A stretch of 59,669 nt of DNA, filler included, from Pirum gemmata (Eukaryota), in assembly GCA_002812295.1 (NCBI GenBank). It is 11 parts of 11 records of this genome, joined end to end, with 100 filler letters (N's around TTAATTAATTAA, not from the genome) between each part and the next. Parts side by side here need not be neighbours in the genome. Positions count along the whole stretch, not along the records: positions 33,832 to 38,884 come from PDIN01000721.1; positions 38,985 to 44,041 come from PDIN01000722.1; positions 44,142 to 49,166 come from PDIN01000723.1; 8 more parts are not named here. One strand, given 5' to 3'. Positions 35,359 through 47,264 of the stretch are shown one piece after another. Numbering within the stretch: position 1 is the stretch's first letter; each line of letters begins with the position of its first letter. Under the pieces are notes generated by a model, which was given only the letters and a program-made list of their open reading frames with translations, was not told the origin of the DNA and did no database searches. Both the position numbers and the translations under genes were made by a program.

Positions 35359-35952
35359 ATGAGTTCTAGAAATATTATATTAAAAAAACCTGACACTTCA
35401 GAACGTATACGTTGTGAAGATATAAAAATTCCTTTAGAACTCATTAGTTCTTTAGTCATATTAGATTTTCAAGACAATGGTGATATAATTATCACCAAGG
35501 ATGATGTTGCAAAATTTAAAATGTCATGTGGGAATCTCTATGATTATTTCTGTGCTGTCTTAAATTGCAACGCACTATTCAATTCAGAAGCAGAATCATG
35601 GATCACCGATGAATGTGAATTACCGGCAACATGGAAAACATCAGAAAGAGCAGTTTGTTGTTGGTATGAGGAACTGCAATTGACCAGTACTATTTGGTTC
35701 GATGAAATTATTTCAACTGTGAGTGTATGTGATTCCAATGTTTTGTCTAACCTATTATATCATGCGTTTGAGCGTGATGTTCCCATTTTTATGTTAAGGG
35801 CATTATTTCTAAAAAAATGCGTGGAATCGATTGAATACAGGATTAATGTTTTCACTAACCTAACAAAAAAACTGGATAAAAAACACATGAGAAAAGCAAT
35901 GCGATTGTTTTCTGAAACTTGTCCGTTATGTATAGATGACAAGGCTGAATAA
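35359..35952 (+). CDS. Hypothetical protein, intronless, 197 aa
   Basis: Clean, complex ORF with poly(A)-ATG start; no family recognised with confidence. Confidence 0.8.
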   Translation: MSSRNIILKKPDTSERIRCEDIKIPLELISSLVILDFQDNGDIIITKDDVAKFKMSCGNLYDYFCAVLNCNALFNSEAESWITDECELPATWKTSERAVCCWYEELQLTSTIWFDEIISTVSVCDSNVLSNLLYHAFERDVPIFMLRALFLKKCVESIEYRINVFTNLTKKLDKKHMRKAMRLFSETCPLCIDDKAE

Positions 35953-36063
35953 TAATTTTTTTTTATTTCAAAAAAATAAAAAACTTTCAAACTTTAATGA
36001 TCTAATTGTGTTACTTAAAAAATTCATTTAGTTCATTAAGTTTGAAATATGTTTGGTATAAAT

Positions 36064-37326
36064 TTATACTTGAACTTCAACCGATCGATCTGGATAAATT
36101 AATAATAATTTCCCTACATGAAGGAACGTAGTCATAAGAGCTTGGCCAATACCAGCACCTTGAACGGCAATAGATAATGGTTTACCATAAGATGCTTTTG
36201 TACTAACCCCTCCTAATTCGGCTTCGTTAATACTTAGATCAGATCCTATAGCCCAGAAACCTGTATCGCTCCATCCATCATAAGATAAATTCATGCCTCC
36301 ACTTGTATCATGAAGATTAGCAAACCATGATGAAAAAATTGTTAGATGTTTAGCTTGTTTGTATGGTACTAAACTATTATACACATAATCCAGCGGTATA
36401 CGATCAGAACCAAGACTCACCTGCCACCCACTGACTCCATTATGCTTGGTTTGATACGCATCTTTCAAAATATCTCGAAGGTCAGCATTGTTTCTGAAGA
36501 TGGATACAAAGGCTTTTACATCGGAATATTTATCACCGATCATTACATCACTAGAACCAGCTATGGTTTGGTTATTACTTGTAAAACTGGTAACGTATAG
36601 TGGAACTGGTTTTTCTCTTATGTTGGAATCAAAACTTGTTATATAATCCTGGTCAAATTTCACTTCATAACAATTGAATGCAAAATCGGTGATTTCAAAG
36701 CTAATAACCCCGGGATTGTCACCTGGGGCTGTTTTTGTTATTTTTAATGCTTTTTCGGCCTCAGTTAGCATGAGTTCAAATTGGAGACTCTGAACGTAAT
36801 GGGCAGGGAAAAATTTAGGGGAATTGAAAAGACCAATTGATTTTGGTCTATATATAAACTCTATACCCGCTTTTAATGGTGCTGTTAAATCTGTAGCATT
36901 TCTAGCGCTTTTCACTAGCATGGTTTTTCCTAATGCACTATCAGCAAAATCATCGTTTAGAGTGCATGTTTGAATAACATTTTCTAAGGTGGATAAATCA
37001 TCTGGACTGGGGTTTTCTACTTCGGTTCCGTTGATAATAACTCTAAAACGGTCAAATAATGCACCTGAGGAAAATAAATCGACGGTCGCTATTTTTGTGG
37101 CATCAGTTGCATTGATTTTTAATACTCCTGAAAAGAAAGAGTCGTTAAGGTCCAACCATGAACTGGTTGGAACGTCTAATAATACATTTTTAACACCGTT
37201 GGTACCATATATGGTTCCTGCTTGAGCAACCACACGCATGAGTTTCCTTTGAATTAGATGTGACTCAGCTGGGTAGGCGTAATTCTCCTTATAGTTAAGA
37301 ATTTTCGTTGGGTTGAATTCAGACAT
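36064..37326 (-). CDS. Putative double-jelly-roll major capsid protein of a Polinton-like virus/virophage-like element, 420 aa
   Basis: Intronless, beta-strand-rich, right size. The N-terminal pattern VLLDVP..SWLDLNDSFFSGVL...LFDRFRVIINGTEVE and the later FFP....SLQFELML, WQVSLGSDRIP and FWAIGSDL resemble PLV capsid proteins. Recognised by eye only. Confidence 0.75.
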   Translation of the reverse strand: MSEFNPTKILNYKENYAYPAESHLIQRKLMRVVAQAGTIYGTNGVKNVLLDVPTSSWLDLNDSFFSGVLKINATDATKIATVDLFSSGALFDRFRVIINGTEVENPSPDDLSTLENVIQTCTLNDDFADSALGKTMLVKSARNATDLTAPLKAGIEFIYRPKSIGLFNSPKFFPAHYVQSLQFELMLTEAEKALKITKTAPGDNPGVISFEITDFAFNCYEVKFDQDYITSFDSNIREKPVPLYVTSFTSNNQTIAGSSDVMIGDKYSDVKAFVSIFRNNADLRDILKDAYQTKHNGVSGWQVSLGSDRIPLDYVYNSLVPYKQAKHLTIFSSWFANLHDTSGGMNLSYDGWSDTGFWAIGSDLSINEAELGGVSTKASYGKPLSIAVQGAGIGQALMTTFLHVGKLLLIYPDRSVEVQV

Positions 37327-37358
37327 TTTTTATTGTATTATTAAAAAAAAAAAAACTT

Positions 37359-37721
37359 TTATTTCGCAAGTGTTTCAAAAATATTTTTACTTTTTTTATT
37401 TTCCACACTCTTCCCCTCTTCCATGAATGCAATTAATTCAGGTTGATTTGTTAGAACTTTTTTTAACCATGGAAAAGGATACAACCGTTCTTTTACTATC
37501 CTTTTTTTAGTAGGACAAAAGACTTGTTTTTTCACAATAAATTTTCTGTTTAATTCATTTTCTTTAAACCATTTTTCGGCTATTTCATTACCTAAATTTT
37601 GAACTTCACAAAAATGTTTTGGTTTTATGCTATTTTTTTTCATGATAGGAAGCATTTCAGCTATGGTACAAAAACCATAATAAGGATTGTAGGTACGATT
37701 GTTTTGTTGTCGAATTGACAT
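37359..37721 (-). CDS. Small basic hypothetical protein (possibly DNA-binding), 120 aa, 32 bp upstream of the capsid gene
   Basis: Intronless, Lys-rich, virus-like tight packing. Confidence 0.7.
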   Translation of the reverse strand: MSIRQQNNRTYNPYYGFCTIAEMLPIMKKNSIKPKHFCEVQNLGNEIAEKWFKENELNRKFIVKKQVFCPTKKRIVKERLYPFPWLKKVLTNQPELIAFMEEGKSVENKKSKNIFETLAK

Positions 37722-38219
37722 GTTTTTTTTTATTATTATATTTTTTTTTTTTTAAATAAATATAATAACAACTTTCATTTTTTCAAGAATGACTTTTTTT
37801 TTTCATTTTTAATTTATTTTGTTGTAACTTCAATATTTTTATTTTTGAAATAAACTTTTGAAAATTTTTTACTACCAGCTATTTCAAAAATTTTCAAAAG
37901 TTTTATTAATACCAGCCGTGTCATAAAGACACTGCTTATGACCAGCAGCCGTGTCATAGTTAGAACTTCAATATTTTTATTTTTGAGGGGGTTAAAAAAA
38001 AAAACCCCCCGCCTATTCCAAAAAAGTTTTTATTTTTATTTTTTTTGAAATAAATAACACTTTGTTTTTTCATGAATAAATATCGTTTTTATATTTTTGT
38101 TATCTTTATTATTTATTTTTGTTTAAATCTATTTTTTACATAAAAGTTCTATTTAAAAAATGACTCTTTTTACATGACTCTTTTTTACAAAACACAAAAA
38201 AAACCAATCATAAAAAACC

Positions 38220-38700
38220 CGCCTCAATTCGCGTTTTTAAAACTGAGGCGGACGATTTTTATGATTGTTTGGACCCAGGGAAAAATTCCCGGTGCCTCAG
38301 TTTTTTTATATTCTCAAAGACAATTACTGCCTAAAAAAAAAACTGAGGCGCTTTGATTTTTTTTCTGGGTACTTTTAAGGCGTGCCTCAATGCCTCACTT
38401 TTTTTTATAAAAAAAAAGTAAAAAAAAAAAAAAATATATATATTTTTTATAGAACTTATAGTAAAAACAGAAGTGAGGCTGAGTCACAACATTTCAGCCA
38501 CACTTTTATGGGTAAAAAAGCGGTGCCTCAGTTTTGAAAAAAAAAACTGAGGCACAAAAAACGAAAAAACAAAGCATAGTTATTGATAAGAAAAATAAAC
38601 AAAAAAAAAACTTTTTTGGCTCCTTATTTTTAAACATGAAATAAAGGAGTCAAAAAACTACAGATTCAGGCTGACTCAATTAAAAAAAAAACTGAGTCAA
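38220..38700. repeat. Array of inverted TGAGGC/GCCTCA and TGAGTCA boxes
   Basis: GCCTC at 38221, 38294, 38384, 38392, 38525 and GAGGC at 38245, 38345, 38475, 38549, in facing pairs around A/T tracts. Confidence 0.85.
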
Positions 38701-39385
38701 TAGCAAATGAATTCCATGAATAGTGTAAAAATTAAGTTTAACACCAACTTTACTTGACTCTTTTTTACAGGAGACTTTGGATGATGATATGGATGGGTTG
38801 TGTGTAATTGTGTGTAAATGGGGTGGGTAGCGTCTGTGTTTTGGGAGGGATGGCGTTTTTTTGGATGTCGAAAGGGAGGGATTTNNNNNNNNNNNNNNNN
38901 NNNNNNNNNNNNNNNNNNNNNNNNNNNNTTAATTAATTAANNNNNNNNNNNNNNNNNNNNNNNNNNNNNNNNNNNNNNNNNNNNTTTTTTTATTAAAAAT
39001 ATTAATTTTTTTAAAAAAAAACATTTAAAAAACACCTATTTGAAAATCAATTAATCAGTTGGTCATAGAAAACGTATACATAAGGAATTGCACTATCAAT
39101 TATTAATTTTTTAACTGAGAAATAATCATTTTCGAATTCACCAATATAAATTTCTTTGTTGGCATTACTTAAAATCTAGACGATAAAAAAGGTGAACTCG
39201 TGTGATTCAAAAAATATTATTAAAAATTATTAATGGATGAACTTGTTATTATATATTAATATAATTGTAAAAAAAAATATTATACCTAACCCTAACCCTA
39301 ACCCTAACCCTAACCCTATAATATAATACTATATAATACTATATAATTATAATAATATTATATACAAATATAATATAATATACAG

Positions 39386-39787
39386 GGTTTTGCTAAAGAA
39401 GATTTATCCATTCAATTGGAAAATCACACTCTGACAATCACAGGTGAGATGAAAGTTGGGAATATGGCTGAAAATGACGTCATTAAAACCAAAACTTCAG
39501 ATAATATTCATGAAAATGAAGTCAAAGATAACAATTCTGAGCCTATTATTTTAAATACCAACGAAGCAAATACACCAGAAATCCCTATCGTAACAAATAA
39601 CAAGTCTGATGAGGTAGGTACCAACTTTCGTTCTTATGTTCAACAAAGCTTTTCACAAAAAATTACTTTACCAACTAACTTGAAAACGGATTCCAATACC
39701 ATCCAAGCCAATTACAAAGATGGTATCCTAAAAGTAGTTTTAGAAAAAGAACATCTGGCGCAATCCATTCCTATTAACATTGAATGA
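39386..39787 (+). CDS. Last exon of a small heat-shock protein (HSP20/alpha-crystallin domain)
   Basis: Acceptor tacag|GFAKEDLSIQLENHTLTITGE...SFSQKITLP...IQANYKDGILKVVL...IPI. Confidence 0.9.
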   Translation, partial: GFAKEDLSIQLENHTLTITGEMKVGNMAENDVIKTKTSDNIHENEVKDNNSEPIILNTNEANTPEIPIVTNNKSDEVGTNFRSYVQQSFSQKITLPTNLKTDSNTIQANYKDGILKVVLEKEHLAQSIPINIE

Positions 39788-39904
39788 GTTTGAAATTGTT
39801 GCTATAACTTAAAATATGATTGATGATTGATGATTGATGATTGATGATTGATGATTGATGATTGATGATTGATGATTGATATCAAAGTAACCAATCTGTC
39901 CAGC

Positions 39905-39937
<33 letters not shown>

Positions 39938-40542
39938 GGCTCGAATTTGTATATATTTTTTTTTTTTTCAATTAAATTTTGTTTTATTGTAATTTCCTTT
40001 GAACTTATTTATTGCTATTGTTATATAATAATAATTATATATAATGTATTATTATTATTATTATTGGTTTATTTCAATTCTGACTATGAAAGGCATAGCC
40101 AATAATGAAAATAACGTGTATGTAATTTATATTAATAAACGCATTTGGTTACAAGGTTACGTTTATAATATTATGTATGAATAAAGTTATAGTTGTAAAT
40201 ATATGGTTATATAGTTATTAATTATGGTTATAGCTATGGTTATGATTATGACTAGGAATATAATATTATATATGGTCATGGTTATGGTTGGTTATGGTAT
40301 ATAATATATATAATGTATATAATATTTATATGGTTATGGTTATGGTTAGAGTTATGGTTAGAGTTATGGTGAAAGGGTATTGTTATGGTTATGGTTATGG
40401 TTATGGTTATGGTTATGGTTCCAAAATCGACCTGTTTCTGAAACATCTCTGATGAAGCACTATTTTCAGTTTTTATTTTTTATTTATATTTTATTTTTAT
40501 TTTTTGAAAATGTTAATTATTAAATAATTAAAAATAGTTTAC

Positions 40543-41202
40543 TTAAAGAGCAAATTTCTTTTCGTCCTCAAAATCAGAGATTTGACTAACATTATCTTCC
40601 GTATAGTTATTAGTAGTGTTGTCGTTACCTTCTTTTTCCATACAATAATCCTGAACTTTTCTACGAGTTTCAGATGAAACATAACAATTAACACCAGTAA
40701 TTACCAAATTAAACATTAAAAAATACATACCGATACCAGGTTTTTTAGTAACGCTGTCAACGTCCAATTTATGGTTTATATATGCATACCAATATCTAAT
40801 AATACTTGCAACAACAAAAGCTGTCGACGTAGCCACAACCATTGGAACATAACGACCCAAGGAAGTGCCCATGTCACCTTGTGAAAAATTAAATTCCTCC
40901 AAAAAAGCCATACTCACACATGCCAAACTTAACAAGGCAACAATAATAAGTATGATAATGGAGATAACATCACCAAAACCTGGACCCTTGCAGCCACCAC
41001 TTACCGAGCTCGACAATGTGCTATTTCGAATTATGATGTTATAATCATCCCAACAATATTTAAATAAACCATACTCTAACTTAAAATTCAGATCATCTCT
41101 GGTGAAAATGTAATGTAAAGTAGCCACAGCAACAACAGCAAACAAGGCTGCTAATAATGATAAAGTACAACTTGCAATACGGTATTTATGATGAATTTTC
41201 AT
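40543..41202 (-). CDS. Claudin/PMP22/SUR7-like four-transmembrane protein, intronless, 219 aa
   Basis: Four hydrophobic segments; the first loop has YGLFKYC...C, a variant of the GLW-x2-C...C signature. Confidence 0.75.
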   Translation of the reverse strand: MKIHHKYRIASCTLSLLAALFAVVAVATLHYIFTRDDLNFKLEYGLFKYCWDDYNIIIRNSTLSSSVSGGCKGPGFGDVISIIILIIVALLSLACVSMAFLEEFNFSQGDMGTSLGRYVPMVVATSTAFVVASIIRYWYAYINHKLDVDSVTKKPGIGMYFLMFNLVITGVNCYVSSETRRKVQDYCMEKEGNDNTTNNYTEDNVSQISDFEDEKKFAL

Positions 41203-44141
41203 GATTATTTTTATAATTAAATTTATTGTATGTATTTTATTTTGTATTGTTGTATTTATTGTATTGTATTATTGTATTTATTGTATTGTATTGTATTTAT
41301 TGTATTTTAAATGTTTTTGGATTTATTGGATTTATTTTTTTGTATTTATTTATTGTATAAAAATTTACTTTTATTAAAAAAAAAATTAATTTATTCGTCT
41401 TGTTTATTCTTTTTTTTTTATTGCTTATTTTCATTTATTTCATGTTTTTCTTTTCTTTTTCTTTACAATATAAAATTGTTATTTAAAATGTATATAAGTT
41501 GTTTATATACACATATAACTTGATTATTATTATTATTATTATTTTTTGTAGATTTTTATCATAATATTTTCACTAGGGTTAGGGTTAGTTTTGTCATCAT
41601 AAAATATACAATAAATAGTACCAAATAAATACAATACAAACCCATTTGATATATTTTGGTATATTTTATTATCTATACATTGATTTAAAAATGTCAATTT
41701 AAAGATTATAACCCTCCAAATAAATATTTGGATTTTCTTCTGGTAACACTTGGTTGGTGGAAATATTTGCATTTTTTTTCGAGGTTTTGTGTAGGCGCTG
41801 GGACATTGGCTGCGACCTGACTCCACATTTTATTAATTTGGAAATATACTAAATAAATAATGCTAGATATTATAGGGGGGATGACATGACGTCATAATAC
41901 TAATACCAACCTAGGTACGGCAAAATTTGAAAATTTGACTTAAATTACTATAAACAGTTAACTTATAACTATTAATAGTAATACTTAATATAGTAAACTA
42001 CTATTTTAAGGATAGAAATATCTATTTTAAGTAATAATTTTTTGCCATCTCAATTCCTTTTGTAACCTATCTCCAAATTTCTGCCAAAGGGGATGTCATC
42101 CCTCCTGATATTATGCTTTTCATTTACTTTATCGCTCTGAATATTTATTTTGTTGGTTATATATAATATTTAAATTGATGTTTTTAAATAGATAATTATA
42201 TTATAAAATATACCAAATTAAATAAAATGGACCTATATTGTATTAATTTGGTACTGTTTATTGTGTATTTTATTATGACAAAATAACTGAAAAGCGTTTT
42301 ATAAATAATATTACAGCCAATTATTTATGTTTGAACATTTCGAACTTATTTAATTAATTACTTTGTTCGAAAATTCAAGCTCAAATTTCAAACATAATAA
42401 TTATGAAATGTTTGAAAATGGAATCAAATGTTTGAATCATTTTCAGAATGATCAAAACGTTCGAGCAACAAACACAGTTTCAAACTTTTAAAAAGGAAAT
42501 TATATATGCTCGAACACTCCAAATTAGTCTCACCTTTTTGAGCATTTTTTTCAAGCTCATTTTTCTATTGAACGAACGAATTAGTCGTTTGTAGAGGAGG
42601 GATGAGATGACGTCATCTTACCAATTGGATGCTCGGACCGGCGAACTTCCAGAATTTTGCCTAAAGTTACTATAAATAGTATAATAAACTCTTTTTAAAG
42701 TAACTACTTAAATAGGTAGTTACTAAATAAATAATTACAAATACTAAATATGGTAAGGCGAAACAGGCGAACAACATTTACTTTGTGCCTCGGTCAAAAA
42801 AGTTCGCCATAAGAGTTCTCACCCCTCCTATTATCTGCTTATTATCTGATAAACTCTGATAGTTTTTTGTATGTACTAAGCTACAAACAGGTCATTTAGT
42901 AGTTTGTTATAATAAACATACCAAATTATATTTATTTAGCATTTTTTAATTAATTTGGTATTTTATAGTATATGTTATATTATATAAAAAAGCTCAATTA
43001 TAAAATAGAGTCTACACCCTAAAGGTGTGCTGCTGCTGAAGTGTTTCTGAAGTGTTTCTGATCTATGATTAAATTTTTCAGTCATTATCACAGGAGGGAT
43101 GACATCCCCTTTGGCAGAAATTTGGAGATAGGTTACAAAAGGAATTGAGATGGCAAAAAATTATTACTTAAAATAGATATTTATATCCTTAAAATAGTAG
43201 TTTACTATATTAAGTATTACTATTAATAGTTATAAGTTAACTTTTTATAGTAATTTAAGTCAAATTTCAATTTATGACGTCATGTCATCCCTCCTATTAT
43301 CACATTTTTTTGGGGTGTGACTAGAGGTACAAAAACGTCATTAAAAATAAACTTTTAAACTATATATAACTGCTTTAAACACCCCTGCCTGCTCGTTTTT
43401 CGCATACGGTTTATTTCGAACATAAAAAATAATATAACACCGAAAAAGAGAAAAAAGCTTCTGCAACAATTAGAAAAAAATAAATAGAGGTGACATATAC
43501 GTCATGTTCAATAATTTGAGAAAAGGTAAATTTGTTTCCGAGCCACATTCCAATTTTTTTTTTTCAAATTTATTCAGTGCTCAGTTTCTTTCTCCCCCCC
43601 CAAAAACTAAACAATCAAGCAATCGAATCGAATTCACCCGCAAAAATGATAGTACCCAACTCTATTCTTACCATGATTATTATTTATAATTGGAGATGGC
43701 CTTTATAATAACCTAAACAAACCTGATTGCCTCTAAACTAGCTATCTAGCTAGGATTAACCTAGAATAACCGTAGCGCTAAAAATAATTCCGCACATTTT
43801 TCGGATATGCTCGAAATAATTCACTAAAAATCCCATTTTGTTCAAGATTACTATTTTTTTTTTGGTATTTTGAACTTAAACATTTGAGCTTTGTTAACAT
43901 TCATAAAAAATATAAAAAAGAGCCAAATAAGCGGAAATGTAATGTATAGATTATTATTTGGAAGCTTTTATGCGATTGTCTATCTAGCTAGCTAGACTCT
44001 AGCTAGTATCAGAAAAGTATCAGAAATCTGCCGGTAGACTANNNNNNNNNNNNNNNNNNNNNNNNNNNNNNNNNNNNNNNNNNNNTTAATTAATTAANNN
44101 NNNNNNNNNNNNNNNNNNNNNNNNNNNNNNNNNNNNNNNNN

Positions 44142-44174
<33 letters not shown>

Positions 44175-44578
44175 CAGTATTATTATTGTTATTACTAGTA
44201 GTAGTAGTAGTAGTAGTAGTAGTCGAATATAGTAGTAGTAGTAGTAGTAGTAGTAGTTAGTAGTAGTAGTAGTAGTAATAGGTAGTAGTAGTTGTAGTAG
44301 TTGTAGTAGAAGTAGTACTTATATTAATATTGTTATTATATTAATGTTATTAATTATTAGCATTATTATTATTGATTATCGATGGCTTTTTCCGTCCTAT
44401 TGTTAAAAGAATCAAAGCAGAATGATTAAACCCCTCCTATCATAAATTTACAATCAATATTAAAATTCTAAAAACTCTATCAAAAACACAATATTCTATC
44501 AAACACAATGTTCAAAAACTATTCTTGCACAATTCCGAAATTTTCTTTCCCTGTATACGAATTTCCAGATTTTAACAT

Positions 44579-47264
44579 TTAAGACGGCGGCGATAAATTG
44601 GCATAAAACCCATCCAATACATTATAAAATAACTCGGTTACAATTGCAGCACCCTTGTCATTATGATGCTCCCCGTCAATGGTTAAGTAACAACAGTTCT
44701 TATCAAAACCTTTAGGTAAATGACTAAAAAATTCATTTCTGGTTTCTATATATGTTACATTATGAGCTTTCGCACCTTCCCTATTCATTTCATCGTACCC
44801 ACCAGGTTCATCGCACTTTGAATCCCGTTCATTAGTACCCCGAGTTTTCTCACCAAGAAGAGTTGGTCCACCCAAAGCTACTCTGCCTGGCATCCGTTCT
44901 TCAAACTTAGCAAGAACGAAGTCCAAATTCTCATGATAACGAGCTCTGTATGTCTGAAAAGCAAAATTTTGTTGCGTTAGATAATAAAAAATATACTATA
45001 GTATGAAAAAAAAAAAGTAATATATGATACCAAGTAGATGTGTAGGTAGGTAAGAAAAAAGAAAACACTGAATTTATAAAAAATAAAATAACACTATAAA
45101 AAGAAGGTAATAAAAAGTAGATGTGTAAGTAGGTAAGAAAAAAAAACATACTGGGTTTATAAACGATACGAAGTAGATGTGAAGGTAGGTAAGAAAAAAG
45201 AAAGAAAAAACTGGATTTACAAAAAATAATATAATACTATAAAAGGAAGGTAATAAAAAAGTAGATGTCGAAGTAGGTAAGAAAGAAAACATGCTGGTTT
45301 TATAAACAATACGAGGGAGGGGGAAGGGTGAGGGGGGACCTTGCTGTCTTCTCCTGGACTTGTATCCGAAGCATCACTATCATAATATATTATTGCAGAA
45401 TGAGGTTGATAATCGAAACAGTCACGATCCATTCTATTATATTAAAGTCCAAGTTTTTTAAATAATAAACAAACAATAACAATAACAATTAAAGGAAAAA
45501 ATATAATATGAGAAGAAGCAGCGTAGCCAATAAAGAGATAAACTGATGCATTGATAAAACTGCAAAATTAAAAAATTGCAAAACAATTAAAAATAAAACA
45601 ACAATAATAGTAATAATAATAAAGATAGCTATTAATTTTTAAAAAAAATCTGAAATATATATTCTAAATAAAATAATGAAAGAAGTTGTGTAAAAACAAG
45701 TAAAATAAATACACATTTCTTATTAAAACACATAACACAAAAACTACCTATTTCGTATATCTAGTATCCTGTTACCATCAAAAGCAGATTCAATAGGAAT
45801 AAAATTGTACTTAGGATATTTTTTGTGGAGTCGGGATACGATTGTATTAATGAAGTCAGATTTTCTATCAGTTCTTAAAATCAAACTATCCCCAATGAAA
45901 CATACACGATAATTAGGTTTGCCATGAGAATCTGAAGAGCATTAACAAAACATTATAATACATATACACACACAATGTATATGTATATATAAGATTTAAC
46001 ACCACATAAAATAAATAATACAAATTATCAAACTAATGAACATAACAAATTTCATACAAAACATATTAAAAATGATAATTTCAATAATCAACGCTCATCC
46101 AATTAAACTTTCCCAATAGTAATAATAAAAACAAAGAAGCCACTTAAACTTGTTTTACCCTTATTTCAAAATACTATCTCAACAACAACAACACACACAT
46201 ACACATCTATATATATATGCATACATGCACACACAACACATACACACACATACACACATACATACACAACACACACATATATACATACATACACACACAA
46301 CACATATATATATATATATATATACCACACACACAAATATATAATATAAAAGGGTTAGTACAGATTCAGACACCAAACAAACACAGACTTATTCTTACCA
46401 AAGGCATCTGTATTGTATCCAAAAAAATAATGATAAATAGCACGCGCATAATGTCCATTTGTAGCAAAGACCCAAAAACAGAGAGAAGAAATAACGGAAA
46501 CTAGTATTATTGTGAATATAAGGGCAACAACTTTCTTTGAAGGACATTTGCAATTTTTTGTAAAACGGTTACGTCTAGTCTATTAAAAGCATAAAAACAT
46601 GATAACTAAACAAAATAAATGAAAACAAAAATAAAAATAAACCTAATTCTAATTCTAATTCTAATTCTAATTCTAATTCTAATTCTAATTCTAATTCTAA
46701 TTCTAATTCTAATTCTAATTCCAATTCCAATTCCAATTCTAATTCCAATTCCAATTCCAATTCCAATTCTAATTCTAATTCTAATTCTAATTCTAATTCT
46801 AATTCTAATTCTAATTCTAATTCTACTTCTAATTCTAATTCTAATTTTAATTCTAATTCTAATTCTAATTCTAATTCTAATTCTAATTCTAATTCTAATT
46901 CTTATGCTTCTTCTTAACACTAGCACTAACAATAACAATAACACTAAGGTTACAGTAAAAGGAAAAGTAAAAGTGTCGTTAACTTTAATGATAAGTACAA
47001 GGGTATGCCGATAAAACATAGGTAGACTTTAACAAAAAATTCAAATACCTGGAAATTATTTACCCCGTTTTCAGTCAAACCCACTCGCTCTTTTCCATTC
47101 CTAGATGATAAGGATGATAAGGGCAACGCATCAATATCCAAATCATCAATATCCAAATTATCATCATCAAAGTCCAGTTTTAGATCTGTTTCGCTTTCAC
47201 TTAATAATGAATCATCACTATCACTGTATTCAACATTTTCGGTAACTTCTGCTTTTTTATTCAT
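44579..47264 (-). CDS. Type II membrane-anchored SGNH/GDSL hydrolase, 5 exons
   Basis: Exons ~47049-47264, 46399-46579 (TM helix), ~45749-45931 (FIGDSL; DGNRI), ~45341-45433 and 44579-44953 (IDGEH). Intron phases 0, 1, 2, 0 are all compatible with GT-AG. Confidence 0.88.
46641..46901 (+). repeat. (CTAATT)n intronic microsatellite
   Basis: Tandem hexamers with CCAATT variants. Confidence 0.95.

Noticed and set aside
29937..38884. Gypsy-MTase element and capsid-bearing region as one composite system
   Set aside because: They are separated by the artificial linker at 33732-33831, so they are different contigs with no evidence of linkage.
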